Source of the DNA: Chiloscyllium plagiosum
Taxonomy: Eukaryota
DNA: 49,197 nucleotides
Assembly (NCBI RefSeq): GCF_004010195.1
Contig: NC_057719.1
Location: 56,459,869-56,509,065, forward strand
Direction: 5' to 3'
Below, piece by piece: positions 8,791 through 22,132 of the stretch. Both the position numbers and the translations under genes were made by a program. The notes beneath the pieces are model-generated. The model searched no databases, had not been told where the DNA came from, and saw only the letters and a list, made by a program, of their open reading frames with translations. Position 1 is the first letter of the stretch. The number at the start of each line of letters is the position of its first letter.

Positions 8791-9995
8791 GGGCCACTTC
8801 CTTGAGCACTCTGGAATGTAGATTATCAGCCTTCAATCCCATCAATTTCTTCAAAACCATTTCTCGACTCACATGGATTTGCTTCAGTTCCTGCCTCTCA
8901 GTAAACCCTGTGATCCCCATAATTTCTAATATGTTATTCATAATTTTGCTTTGTAAAAGCAAAGAATGAATTGAATTTATCAGCCATTTCTTTGTTCCCC
9001 ATTATAAATTCCCCATTTCCATTTGTAAGGGATGTCATTAGTTTTCATCAATCTTTTTCTCTATAGAAATGTTGAAAATCAGGTTTATTTCTTTCCTGCA
9101 AGCTCGCTCTCGTACTCTCTTTTTCCCTTTTTAATCAATCCTGTGGTCCTCTTTTGCTTAATTCTAACTTATTCTCAATCCTCAGATATAATTTTTTTCT
9201 TGCTAATTTGTATGCCACTTTTTTTGCTGCTAATAATCTCTCATCGTCAGCTTCCCTCAAAATCCATGGTTTGACTACTGTCCTCTTTGCAGCCTTGCCC
9301 GAGAAAGGAATAAAAAAAGTCCTCATTCACCCATTCACTCTTAGTATTTGCTATTGCCCATCCACTGTCATTCATTTCTGTATCATTTCCCAGTCCATCA
9401 TAGCCAACTCATGCCTTATACCATTTTAAGATTCAGGACCCTAGTCTCAGAATCAACTATCTTACTGTCAGTTTTGATGAAGAATTCTATTGCATTATGG
9501 CCACTCAACCCAAGGAGTCCCTTGACACCTACATTACCAATTATTCCTTTCTCCTTGCATGATACTCCATCCAAGATGGCTTGTTCTCTAGCTGATTCCT
9601 CAATGTATTGGTCCAAAAAAATCTCATACATTTCAGGAATTCCTCCTCTACAGTATTTGATTTTAATTTGAAAATAGATTAAACAAGTCACCCATAATTA
9701 GAGATTTTCCTTTACTGTATGCATCAGTGATTTTCTGTTTAGTGGCATTCCCAATATCGCCAGTACAGTTTGGTCTATATCCTACTCCATAAATTACTTA
9801 TTTTGCTCCTTAAAATTTCTCAGCTCTGTTCACACAAATTCTATATTGACTGAGCTAATATCTTTCTTCAACATTATGTTCATATCCTCTTTAAACAGTA
9901 ATGCAATTCCACTGCCTTTTTTCCCTTTTTGTCTGTGTTTCATAAATAGTAAATATCGCTGTTGTTCAGTTCCCATTCCTGGTCACTTTATGGCC
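8790..9995 (-). mobile_element. Decayed CR1 ORF2 fragment (endonuclease/linker)
   Basis: Translations FLDQYIEESAREQAILDGVSCKEKG..LGLSGHNAIEF and MVLKKLMGLKAD..LHSRVLKEVA. Confidence 0.75.
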
Positions 9996-9998
9996 GTG

Positions 9999-10735
9999 TT
10001 GAATTGAATTGGCTTTATTGTCACATACTTAAATGATTAAAGTGAAAAGTTTACAAGTCACTATTTACAGATTCTTGAGTACAAATTGTTAGGAAAAAAA
10101 TTAGAAAAATAAAGAAATAAAAAGTCCAGTATTACAGATCTTCAAAGGCACAATATCATAGTAATAAATTTAAAAAGTTTAGAAATAAAAAAGCTCAGAA
10201 AAACAATTCTTCTATTATAATATAATAAATAAAATTTTAAGAAGAGAGAATTTAAGACAGAGTCCACTTAAACCATTTCACGGCTGTGGGTTTGAGGACC
10301 CACCCCTCCTGTTGAAATCCTGGCTGGACTCACCACAATGCTGAAGCAAATGCCGCATAGAGTCACAATCTGACTGAAGCCTCCATATGGAGACCCATGC
10401 TGACGATGACAAAAACAGCCACCAAAGCTGCTGAAAGGATGTCCAGGCCAATGGTGCCATGAGTCCCAGACCAATCATGCCACCGCAAGGATGATGCAGA
10501 AGCCCGACGAAAGTCTAAGCCATTGGAACCCCAGGCCCAGTCACGAGGAACAGCTGGATCCAAACCACATTCTCCACTGCAGCAGCCTCCTAGAACCTCC
10601 TTCCTTAACAAAAGCCGCCAAACGAAGGCGAGTTAAACTTCGGGGGATGGGGGAGGGAAAGAAAATTACAAAGTGGGGGGAAAAAAATGGAGAATATAGT
10701 AGGCCAGGAGCCTGAATACTTCCTACTCCCATTTC
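9999..10735 (-). mobile_element. Unclassified non-LTR element with GTGACAATAAAG-(AATTC)n 3' end
   Basis: - strand ends gtgacaataaagccaattcaattcaa and interrupts the CR1 on either side. Family not identified. Confidence 0.4.
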
Positions 10736-11120
10736 CTACACAGTGTTTCCATAATCCTGACTGTCATACCTGTTTTTATTTATTTGTGTAATTAGTTCAT
10801 CCATTTCATGTTGAATGCTCCATGTGTCCAGGTGCAAAACCTTAAAACTTGTCTTTTTAACATTATTTGACGCATTCCCTTCATTTTCATTGTGTCTTGT
10901 TTGATCCTGGCTTTTGATTTCTTTACTGATCACATTTCTTCTGTCTTTTTGTTCTTGTTCTTGATTTCCCTTTTTTTTGACTCCTTGCATTTGTTCCCAT
11001 TTCCCTGCCAGTTTAGCTTGAACCCTCCCCAACCACTTTAGCAAATACTCACCCAGGGCATAAGTCCTGATCCCACCCAGGTGTAACCTGTCCAGTTTGT
11101 ACTTGTCTTACCTCCCCCAC
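10736..11120 (-). mobile_element. CR1 ORF1/ORF2 junction fragment
   Basis: FKVLHLDTWSIQHEMDELITQI resembles the APE start; homologous to 41750-42150. Confidence 0.7.
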
Positions 11121-11544
11121 AACTGTTCTCTGTAGACGAAAGGACATTAACAAGAGCACGTAATTTTAAAGTGAAAGACGAGGAAAATGTTGTTCACCCA
11201 GAGAACGGTGGGGATTTGGAATATACTGCCTGAAAGGTAAATGAGGTGTGAAACCTCAACTGTTTCAAAAGTAGTTGGATGAGCACTTGAAATGTAATAA
11301 CATTCAAGGCTGTGGGCCTAGTGCAGGAAGTTGGGACTGGTGTGGTTGAAGTACACTTGGCAGTGCAAACTGCCAAAGGGTCTCTTCCAGACTGTAGGCT
11401 TCTGTGGTATGATTTCAATGTGGCAAAGACTCACCAAAATTGAAGCAAACTTCTTGTTTTGAGAGAGCCCATAGTCAGAGAGAGTTGTTCTCTCTTTAGT
11501 GACTTTATTAATTACATTGTCAAAAAGTATGGCAAAACATCACA

Positions 11545-11653
11545 CGAAATGAAAAGCTTTGAAATGTCGACTCTCCTGCTCCTTGGATGTTGCCTGACCT
11601 TGCCAGACTTTTTGACTCTGATCTCCAGCATTTGCAGTCCTCACTTTCTCCTT
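11545..11653 (+). mobile_element. Penelope-like terminal remnant
   Basis: gaaatgtcgactctcctgctccttggatg..tctccagcatttgcagtcctcactttctcc, matching the family terminus. Confidence 0.65.
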
Positions 11654-11709
11654 ATTAATTACATGGCCAATCCATCTCCATTTAAGTGAATCAACATTGT
11701 AGGCGTGTT

Positions 11710-13183
11710 AGGTAAAAACAATGACTGCAGATGCTGGAAACAGATTCTGGATTATGGTGCTGGAAAAGCACAGCAGTTCAGGTAGCATCTGAGGAGCAGT
11801 AAAATCGACGTTTCGTGCAAAAGCCCTTCATCAGGAATACAGGCAGAGAGCCTGAAGGGTGGAGAGATAAATGAGAGGAGGGTGGGGGTGGGGAGAAAGT
11901 AGCATAGAGTACAATAGGTGAGTGGGGAAGTGGATGAAGGTGGTAGGTCAGGGAGGAGGGCCTCCTTCTTTAGAGACCGCAATTTCCCTTCCCACGTGGT
12001 TAAAGATGCCTTCCAACGCATCTCGTCCACCTCAGACCCCATCCCTCCAACCGTAACAAGGACAGAACGCCCCTGGTGCTCACCTTCCACCCTACCAACT
12101 GTCGCATAAACCAAATCATCTGACGACATTTTCGCCACCTCCAAACGGACCCCACCACCAGGGATATATTTCCCTCTCCACTCCTTTCTGCCTTCCATAA
12201 AGACCGTTTCCTCTCTGACTACCTGGTCAGGTCCACGCCCCCCCACCCCCCCGTCCCCGCCCCCCCTACAACCCATCCTTCCGTCCTGGCACCTTCCCCT
12301 GTCGCCGCAGCAATTGCAAAACTTGCGCCCACACCTCCTCCCTCATCTCCATCCAAGGCCCTAAAGAAGCCTTCCACATCCATCAAAGTTTTACCTGCAC
12401 ATCCACCAATGTCAATTATTGTATCCGTTGCTCCTGATGTGGTCTCCTCTACATTGGGGAGACTGGGCGCCTCCTAGCAGAGCGCTTTAGGGAACATCTC
12501 CGGGACACCAGCACCAATCAACCACACCACCCTGTGGCCCAACATTTCAACTCCCCCTCCCATTCTGCCGAGGACATGGAGGTCCTGGGCCCCCTTCACC
12601 GCCAGTCCCTCACCACCCGACGCCTGGATGTATCCGTTGCTCCCGACGTGGTCTCCTCTACACTGGGGAGACTGGACGCCTCCTAGCAGAGCGCTTTAGG
12701 GAACATCTCTGGGACACCCGCACCAATCAACCACACCGTCCTATGGCCCAACATTTCAAATCCCCCTCCCACTCTGCCACCCCCTCACCACTGCTCCCTC
12801 ACCACCCGACGCCTGGAGGAAGAACGCCTCATCTTCTGCCCCGGAACACCTCAACCCCAGGGCATCAATGTGGACTTCAACAGTTTCCTCATTTCCCCTT
12901 CCCCCACCTCACCCCAGTCCCAAACTTCTAGCTCAGCACTGTCCCCATGACTTGTCCTACCTGCCTATCTTCTTTTCCACCTATCCACTCCACCCTCCTC
13001 CCTGACCTACATCACCTCCCCCACTCACCTACTCTATGCTACTTTCTCCCCACCCGCACCCTCCTCTCATTTATCTCTTCACCCTGTATTCCTGATTGAA
13101 GGGCTTTTGCCCGAAACTTCGATTTTACTGCTCCTCGCGTGCTGCCTGAACTGCTGTGCTTTTCCAGCACCACTAATCCAGAA
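11710..13183 (+). mobile_element. Neptune-type Penelope-like element, 5'-truncated, with inverted terminal copy
   Basis: Cys-rich linker and GIY-YIG (CRRSNCKTCAH..CTSTNVNYCIRC..LYIGETGRLLAERFREH..PVAQHF). Inverted terminus at 11710-11960. TSD TGTAGG(C/A)GTGTT at 11698-11709 and 13184-13195. Confidence 0.88.
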
Positions 13184-13270
13184 TGTAGGAGTGTTTCAAA
13201 TGGATGTTTTTTTATGACGCAGTAATCCATTGAGGCAACTGTGGTGCCATCATCAAAGCAAATCAAAAAA

Positions 13271-16200
13271 CTCGGCAAGATGGCAGCGATTCTGTAAAAT
13301 TGCTGTGGACAGCTCTGCCTAACAGCGAAGGCATACTGGTGTTTTTTGCCATCCCTGGCCAACTTATGTTGTGGAATTATTAGTTTAAAACCTTATAGAA
13401 CACACACATTTGTTAATATTTGGGAGTGGGAAGGATGCCAAAGGTGTGGGCCTTGCAAGACAATATCGATGAACTTGAAAATCGCGGTCGGAGGATAAAT
13501 CTCCGGATTGTCGAGCTCCCTGAAGGTGAGCAGCCAGTCAGCTTCTTTGAAAGCTGGCTGCTGAAGTTTTTGGGTCTTCACATCGAGTCCAGCTGGCTGC
13601 AGGTTGAAAAGGCTTATTGGGTTACAGTGCACAGGTCAGGGCCGGTGCAGAGCCCCACACTTCCATTCATATAAGGACAAGCAAAAGGTGATAAAAGCTT
13701 CTAGATTACTTGGAAATGGTCCGCAGGCACTGCTGTACAAAGGGCCAAAAATCCTGTTTTTCCAGAATTTCTCGGCTGATTTAATTCGAAAGAGGAAATC
13801 CTTCGATGAAGATAAAAAGACGCTGAGGAACCTGGGCATCCAGTGCTCCCTGAGGTACCCCGCAGTGCTCCATTTCAGGACTCAGTTTATACGTTTGACT
13901 CAGCGGATAAAGCTAAAAATGTTGGAGACACTTTAAAATAGATGGACTGCTGAAGAATACGGTTAATGTTTGTTCTCTTTTCCTTCTTTCCTCATGTTTT
14001 CCCTTCCTTTTTTTATTCCTTTCTTTCTCCCTAACAATTTCTTTTTTGGAAAGGGGGAAAAAAACTTGAATAAGTTCCTTTTTTTTAAATAACTGGATTT
14101 TCTGATGGGAATTTTTGTGGATGTTCTTTGTTGTCTCCCCTTTTTGGTTTGCTCCGTTTCTCTTTTAATCATAAGTAGGGGTGACATTAAGCCAGGGATG
14201 GGTGGAGTGCTCATCCTGACTTTGTCTTTTTTCTGTTGATATAAGGATCTTCTCCTTGTTTTTATTTCTGGCCGAAGGCTGGGGCGCAGTCCAGGTTTGA
14301 AGGAGCTGTGAAGGAGGGGATGGGTAGGGTGAGTGCCCCCTATGGGCAGAGGGAAGAGCCTTCCATTCAAGGTTTTATAGTTGGTTTTCTTTGTAGTTTT
14401 TTTGGTAGTAATAGTTGTTTTATAATTATGATAGAGTAGTTTTTGTATATATAATTCTTCTACTCCTGAGTCTTTATTTACTTTTGCTCGGCGCTTTATA
14501 AGCAGGGTTCTCCCTCCCAGGGGTTCAAGGGTCTCTGAAAGGGGATACAGCTAAGTGTCTTGGTAAATTATGCACCTGGAGCATCAAGGGAAGTCATTTA
14601 CCTGTTAAAAGGAAAAAAGTGCTTTCTAGCCTTAACAGGGAAAGGTTGATATCGCTTTGTTGCAGGAAATCCATCTTGATGATGGGGAACACCTGAAATT
14701 ACAACAGGGGGATTATGACTGGGTATTCTTTTCATCCTTTACTACTAAAAGTAGGGAAGTGGCAGTACTTACCCAGAAAAATCTTCCGTTCACATTATTA
14801 GAGCAGGTGCAAAATGACCAGGGACGGTGTGTGATACTTAAAGCCCTGATACATGGGGAGGAATATATCTACTGTCCTCCGGCACATCCCCTCAAATTTT
14901 TGATTAGTGCCTTCTCTAAGCTGTGTGCTTTTCGAACACAGCACAATTTTTAAGGGGGGGAGCGGATTTTAATTGTCTTTTGGATCCAACAGTGGACAGG
15001 TTGCCTTGTGGGCCCCCAACTATTTATTCGCGGGCCAAGCAGGTGGCTGACTTATGCGAGGAGTTAGGGTTGGTGGATATTTGGAGATGTCTTCACCCTA
15101 CCGGCAGGGACTTCACCTTTTTTTTCAAACCCACATAAATGTCACACAAGGATAAAGGCCAAGAATGAGGGGCTAGGTTTGCAACACTAGCATTTGGACC
15201 CTTTTCTCCTTAATATTTCCAAATTTTTGGAATACGTTTTGAAGGAGTTTCAGGAATTCCTGACTATCAACTCAGGCCGGCTAGTAGTCCATCTATGCTA
15301 TGGGAGACCGCTAAGGCCTTTGTTACAGGATTAGCTATTTACTATTCGGCTAGCTGGAAAGAACAGAAGAAGGAGCAGCAGTGTCTACTTGATATGTGGT
15401 TGAAAGCCGCCGAGGCGGCACATTTTGCGCGGCCTCCGGTGACTAAGCTACAGCAGATCACGGCCCTCCAGGCTGCCTTGAATTCAATACTGACACAAAC
15501 CGCAAAGAAAGAACTTGCTTTTGCAAGACAAACGCTGTTCGAATATGTGGATAGGCCAGGGAAGTATTTAGCATACCTGACTAGGGAAAAGTATGCTCCC
15601 CAATCCATTACTACAATCAGAGACCGCGTCGGGGTCCTTACATACGATGCTAAGAAGATTAATGAGGCTTTTCAGAGCTTTTACTCTGAATTGTATCGGC
15701 CTGAAGTTTGCGAGGACAGGAGGGCTAAAATGGAGAACCTGGATCTCCCAGGGCTAACCTTGGGACAGGTGTCTCTCCTTAATGCCCCGTTGACAGTTTG
15801 GGAAATACAGGAGGCAGCTAAGCAACTTCAGAGTGTGAAAGCGCCTGGCCCTGATGATCTCCCGGGTGAGTTTTATAAGGAGTTTATAGAGATTCTGTCA
15901 GGGCCAATGTTGGAGATGCTCAATCACTCCTATATGCATGAATGTCTACCACCATCTTTGAGAGAAGCTAATATTTCCTTAATCCTTAAGAAGGGGAAGT
16001 TTCCTGAGACCAATCTCTCTATTAAATTCAGACTTCAAGATCCTGACGCTGAGATTGGAAAAGGTGTTGCCCCATATTAGTAAAGAGCGCCAGACAGGCT
16101 TTATAAGGGGCCTTAAGTCCTCTCATTATATTAAAAGGTTGCTGAATATGGTCCAAGTTTGTCACCAATGATTAATTCAGGGGTTGGTGATTTCCTTAGA

Positions 16201-18549
16201 TGCAGAGAAAGCATTTGACCGGGTGGAATGGCCATATCTATTTTATGTCTTAGAACAATTTGAGTTGGGTGGGGTCTTTGCTAGGTGGGTGGAGATTTTA
16301 TATCGCTACACTCTGACCACAGTCATCACCAATAGGGTGAAGTCTGGGAATTTAAGGATTGGTAGGTGTAGTCGGCAAGGCTGCCCCCTCTCACCATTGT
16401 TGTTTACGTTGGTGATAGAGCTGCTAGCAGAGGCCATTCTTCAGAACGTCCACATAATCGCTCTGGAAGTGGGAGCGAGGGCACACAAGATTACACTGTA
16501 TGTCCTTCTGTTTTTATCGAACCCGATGACCTCCGTACCCCATTTGATACAATGTAGCAATTCATTTGGGGCTATTTCAGGATATAAGATTAACTTCGCA
16601 AAATCGGAGGCTATGCCTTTGGGGCACCTTAAGGATGTGCCAGAAGTGGAATGTGGCCCTAAGTTCCCTTTTAAGTGGTCACGGGCAGGGTTCCAATACC
16701 TAGGCATTTTTATTACCCCCAAGTTTAATCTGATATTTTAGACTAACTTTGCTCACTTGCTCAACAATATTAGGCCAGATCTCCAGAGATGGGAGGCTGT
16801 TCCAATTTCATGGCTGGGCCAAATATCTCTCACTAAGATGAATGTTCTTCCTCGCTTGCTTTATCCCATGCGTATGCTCCCTATAATGTTTCCCAGATCA
16901 ATGCTGCGGAAGCTTATGGGATGACTTGGTTCCTTTGTCTGGCATTGTGGCGGCCCCTCATCAAACTTACTAAATTGCAGTTGCCTCAAGGAGGGGGAGG
17001 AGTGGATTTCCCAGATATCAGGAGGTGTCAGTTGAGTTCCCTGCTGTCCTTTGTCTGCGATTGGGTAGGTAACGGTCCAGGTTCAATATGGCTGGATATC
17101 GAGGCCTCCCAGGCAAAGTGCCCTCTTATTAACCTGTTGTTCATGGATAAAATGAGGACAAGATAAGATATGGACCACTGCCAGAACGCCATTGTCATTA
17201 GTACAGTCAAGGCATGGAGGGTGATGCGTCAGAGTGAGGGTTGCTTAACCAAGACTTCGCCACTTACGCCTTTAGATGGCATGCCAGGGTTCTGACCAGG
17301 GATGATGGGTTCAAACTGTGGGCAGCGAGAGGAATTTCTAGTTTGGGAGACTTGTTTGAGGGGGAGGTTATGATGTCTTTTGAGCAAGTGAGCTGCAAAT
17401 ACAGGTTGCCCAACAGAGATTTTTTTCGTTTTTTTCAGGTTAGGGATTTCATCCAGAAGAAAATTACGCTTCTCACTAAGCCCAATACAGAGAGGTTGCT
17501 GCTACGTTCCACAAGCACCCTTTTGGTTAGTGCCCTCTATCGCCTGCTGGGTGGCAGGGCCTGACAGGATATTAACCGGTTATGTGAGGTCTGGGAACAA
17601 GAGCTAAGAGTGGAGATCTCCTCTGAAACATGGGAGAATGCTCGAAAGATCTCAATCTGTAATAGGACATGCACTATGCAGTTAAAGGTTCTGCACAGAG
17701 TTAATCTGGCACCAGACCGTATGGCGAAGTTTAAAAAAGGGGCATCTTCAGTGTGCCCCAAATGTAAAATAAGTGTAGGTTATCTTATCCATTGGATATG
17801 CCACAGGCTCCATGTTTATTGGAGCACGTGGCAGGAGAGATAGGGAGGGTATTGAGGACTGAAGTCAAAGTAGACCCAATATCTCTCCTCACAGGTCTAC
17901 CGAATTTACATCTTTAGACAGGCATGGGAAGAAACTATTTAATACTCTTGCATTCTGTGCAAGGAAGAATATTCTGATGAACTAGGTGTCTGAGAACCCA
18001 CTGGGCTTGCTTGGATGGCAGAAATTAATTATGGAGCACATTCCCTTGGACTTTTTTTACAAACATGGTGCACCACACAACAGACCATTTTTAAAAGACA
18101 TGGCAGCCCTACTTGAGTTATTTGGATATAGATTTGTCAGTTATCTTAACTTGGGCATTTGTTTAACCAGGAATGTTAGGTTTGTCAAGCTCTGGGCCCT
18201 GGAGGAGGTCTCCTGAGTTACTACGGGTATATACAATGCTCCTGTTCCTTTGTTTGGGAGCTTTGCACTGAGCATAGTTGTTCTGTATTCTATGTTTGTT
18301 TTTGGTTTTTTTTCGCTTTTCTTTCTTTTTTTGATCTATTAGTTATTTACTTATTTATTGGTGTTGCTTTGCACAGTGTTAGGGTTTGTTTGTATTGTAG
18401 GATAGGTTAGTAGTTAGTAGACAGTAGTTGTATTGTAATTTGTGGGGTATTTTTCTTTTTATTATACTGATATATGTTAATGATTTTTTTCAATATTTTA
18501 TACGTTTGTAAAGTTTTTAAAAATTGCTAATAAATATATTTACAAAGTA
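13271..18549 (+). mobile_element. Near full-length decayed L1-clade LINE
   Basis: ORF1 DELENRGRRINLRIVELPEGE; APE LLQEIHL, DFNCLLDP; RT ISLDAEKAFDRVEW, RQGCPLSPLLF; Cys motif CPKC..H..W.C; AATAAA near 18528; candidate TSD AAATCAAAAAA at 13260-13270 and 18550-18560. Many stops and frameshifts. Confidence 0.92.
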
Positions 18550-18861
18550 AAATCAAAAAAAGAAAGAAATTTCCATATCTCAGATGAAACTCAATATAGG
18601 GCACTGCGTAAGTTAACAACTCCATTTCCAGTCAGATTCAAACTCCTCTCACTCATTTGTGGGCCTCTGTCTCATTTCTATATTATTCAACATTTAGAAT
18701 TGAAAACTATCACATCCTTAATTTTTAATACACTCTTGGAGAAATTCAGTCTAATTACCTATTACTAACTTGCCTGTAAAGTGAACAGTATTGTTCATAT
18801 CCCAGATCTGATCTTTGTATTTTCATGTCAAGGTATGCAAATAGGTATTTGTTAGTGTAGA

Positions 18862-19036
18862 GCTGAAAATGTGTTGCTGGAAAAGCGCAGCAGGTCAGGC
18901 AGCATCCAAGGAACAGGAGAATCGAAGTTTCGGGCATAAGCCCTTCTTCAGGAATTCCCATTCCTGCTGCACTTTTCCAGCAACACATTTTCAGCTCTGA
19001 TCTCCAGCATCTGCAGTCCTAACTTTCTCCTCGAAG
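18862..19036. mobile_element. 175-bp fold-back Penelope-like mini-insertion with 15-bp TSD
   Basis: gctgaaaatgtgttgctggaaaagcgcagcagg...cctgctgcacttttccagcaacacattttcagc plus terminal extension. TSD ATTTGTTAGTGTAGA at 18847-18861 and 19037-19051. Confidence 0.85.
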
Positions 19037-19229
19037 ATTTGTTAGTGTAGAACGTGAATATTGCTGGAAACAAAATGACACCTTTGGCCAAAGCTTTTCA
19101 GCTTGTGCTTATCGGGATATTTTGTGAAAATACCCAGTGTGAGGGGGAACCACATTTACCATATGAGAAGAGCATGCGAATTGATTGGGAGAGGTGTTGC
19201 CATAGAAAAAGGACAAGTGATGGATTCTT

Positions 19230-21095
19230 AGGGGAATTTAGCACGAACAGCCAAGTTTCTGGTATTGAGACTGGCTCTAATGCAATGAGGGGTATGTCGG
19301 GTTCCAAGAGATCGATTGTGTTAGGGGACTCTCTCTCTAGTCCGAGGTACAGACAGATGTTTCTGTGGCCAGCCGCGAAAAATCAAAGTGGTGTGTTGCT
19401 TCCCTGGGCCAGGATCAAGGATGTCTCAGAGAGGGTGCAGAATGTTCTCAAGGGGGAGAGGGGCCAGCAGGAGGTCATCGTACACATTGGAACCAGTGAC
19501 ATAGAAAGGGAAAAGGTTGAGATTCTGAAAGGAGATAACAGAGTGAGGCAGGAATTTAAAAAGGAAGTCCTCGAGAGTAGTAATATCTGGATTACTCTTG
19601 ATGCTACGAGCTAGTGAGGGCAGAAATAGAAGGATAGAACAGATGAATGCATAGCTGAGGAGCTGGTGTAGGGGAGAAGGATTCACATTTTTGGATCATT
19701 GGAATCTCTTTTGGGGTAGAAGTGACCTGTACAAGAAGGACGGATTGCAGCTAAATTGGAAGGGGGCTAATATAATGGCAGAGAGATTTGCTCGAGCTGC
19801 TCGGGAGGATTTAAACTAATAAGGTGGAGGATTGGGACCCAGGGAGATAGTGAGGAAAGAGATCAATCTGAGACTGGTACAGTTGAGAACAGAAGCGAAT
19901 CAAACAGTCAGGGCAGGCAGGGACAAAGCAGAGAACAAGGTAGGACTCATAAACTAATATGCATTTATTTCAATGCAAGGGGCCTAACAGGGAAGGCAGA
20001 TGAACTCAGGGCATGGTTAGGAACATGGGACTGGGATATCATAGCAATTACAGAAACATGGCTCAAGGATGGGCAGAACTGGCAGCTTAATGTTCCAGGA
20101 TACAAATGTTTCAGGAAGGATAGAAAGGGAGGCAAGAGAGGAAGGGGAGTGGTGTTTTTGATAAGGGATGGCATTACAGTTGTACTGAGTGAGGATATTC
20201 CCAGAAATACATCCAGGGAAGTTATTTGGGTGGAACTGAGAAATAAGAAAGGGATGATCACCTTATTGTGATTGTATTATAGACCCCTCATCGTCAGAGG
20301 GAAATTGAGAAACAAATTTGTAAGGAGATCTCAGTTATCTGTAAGAATAATAGGGTGGTTATGTTTGGGGATTGTAACTTTCCAAACATAGACTGGGACT
20401 GCCATAGTGTTAAGGGTTTAGATGGAGAAGAATTTGTTAAGTGTGTACAAGAAAATTTTCTGATTCAGTATGTGGATGAACCACTAGAGCAGGTGCAAAA
20501 CTTGACCTACTGTTGGGAAATAAGGCAGTGCAGGTGACTGAAGTGTCAATGGGAGGGCACTTTGGGGCCAGCAACCATAATTCTATTAATTTTAAAATAG
20601 TGATCGAAAAGGATAGACCAGAGCTAAAAGTTGAAGTTCTAAATTGGTGGAAGGTTAATTTTGACGGTATTAGGCAAGAACTTTCAAAAGCTGATTGGGT
20701 GCAGATGTTCACAGGTAAAGGGACAGCTGGAAAATGGGAAGCCTTCAGAAATGAGATAACGAGAGTCCAGAGAAAATAAATTCCTGTTCGGATGAAAGGG
20801 AAGGCTGGTAGATATAGGGAATGCTGGATGACTAAAGAAGTTGAGGGTTTGGTTAAGAAAAAGAAGGAAGCATATGTCAGGTATAGACAGGGTAGATTAA
20901 GAGGGAAATCAGGAGGGCAAAAAAAGGGACATGAAATAGCTTTGGCAAATAGAGTTAAGGAGAATCCAAAGGGTTTTTACAAATACATTAATGTCAAAAG
21001 AAAAACTAGGGAGAGAATAGGGCCCCTCAAAGATCAGATTTTGTGTGGAGCCGCAGAAAATGGGGGAGATACTAATCGAGTGTTTTACCTGTTTT
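19230..21095 (+). mobile_element. CR1 LINE fragment: ORF1 SGNH/GDSL esterase and ORF2 APE endonuclease
   Basis: SIVLGDSL, VHIGTSDI, DGLQLN esterase blocks; YFNARGLTGKADEL, IAITETWL, GDCNFPNIDW. Confidence 0.88.
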
Positions 21096-21979
21096 TACTT
21101 GTTTTATTCAGTTAAAACAGTTGCAGTGTGTGTATATGGTCTTTCTATTTGTGAATAAGATATTATTGTAGTGGTGGCCTGAAAACCATCTCTGCTTTAC
21201 TTTGAATCTGTGAGATTTGTAACTCCATCTGAATAAGCAGATGAACCTCTCTTTAACGTCTCGTCTGAAAGATAAAATTAAATGAAAAAATGTAAGGATC
21301 GAGTCTCCAATTTAACAGAATTGAAATTCACTATATAGTAACTCTATCATTTCAGTTACTTCTGAAACTATCTGCCAATTACAGCCATCAGTGCAATCTG
21401 ACAACGGCATTTGAATCAACATTTCCCACTGTGTTCAGTTCGTAATCTGAAATTTATGAAGAAGAAACAGCAAAGTACTGTCATGATAATGCCTTGTGAT
21501 TTCTCATGATCAAATAGTAAAGCATATTGCAGAGAACTTGAAACAGGCACTTTGTTTGTCTTTTTGATAGAAGAGATGTGTCCATGTCAAATAAGGTAGG
21601 CAGAAATCCCCCATTTCTATGCACCCCCTGCACCAAATATTCTGCATTTTGCACTAAGGATTTCTGTATCTATTGAATTGTAATTTTGCCTCTTTGCAGA
21701 AGTCTACACAAAGTTGTTTTCATATACTGCAATTAAGCCTGTTGCAGAAGACAATTTGGCAAGTTATGAAATCCTGAGCATATATAGAATTGCTACACAG
21801 ACCAATTGTTGCATTACAGTTTTCTGTAAATTCTACAACTATAGTGAAAATGCTAGGAATTAAACAATGATGCATCTCTTACTACAAATTGTGACTTTTC
21901 CTAATATTTTATTATAGTTTTGTAACTCGTTTTTTAGTGTCTGCATATGAAACTGATTTGATTTGAATTCTTGTTCCAG

Positions 21980-22112
21980 TGGAAAATGCCCTGTATGCAA
22001 CACATTACTGGAATCAATTCAGCTGAGTGTGGAAGAATATCACTTATTAAGAGAGTGTGTGATGAATGACATTATTCAAGGGACAGATACATTTAAAAAG
22101 ACAACTCCTCAG
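21980..22112 (+). CDS. PRORP: PRORP third coding exon (133 bp), zinc-binding CxxC
   Basis: ttccag|T GGA AAA TGC...CCT CAG|gtaagc gives GKCPVCNTLLESIQLSVEEYHLLRECVMNDIIQGTDTFKKTTPQ, like human [20 protein letters not shown]...KTTPQ. Confidence 0.95.
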
Positions 22113-22132
22113 GTAAGCAGTGTCATTTGCTT

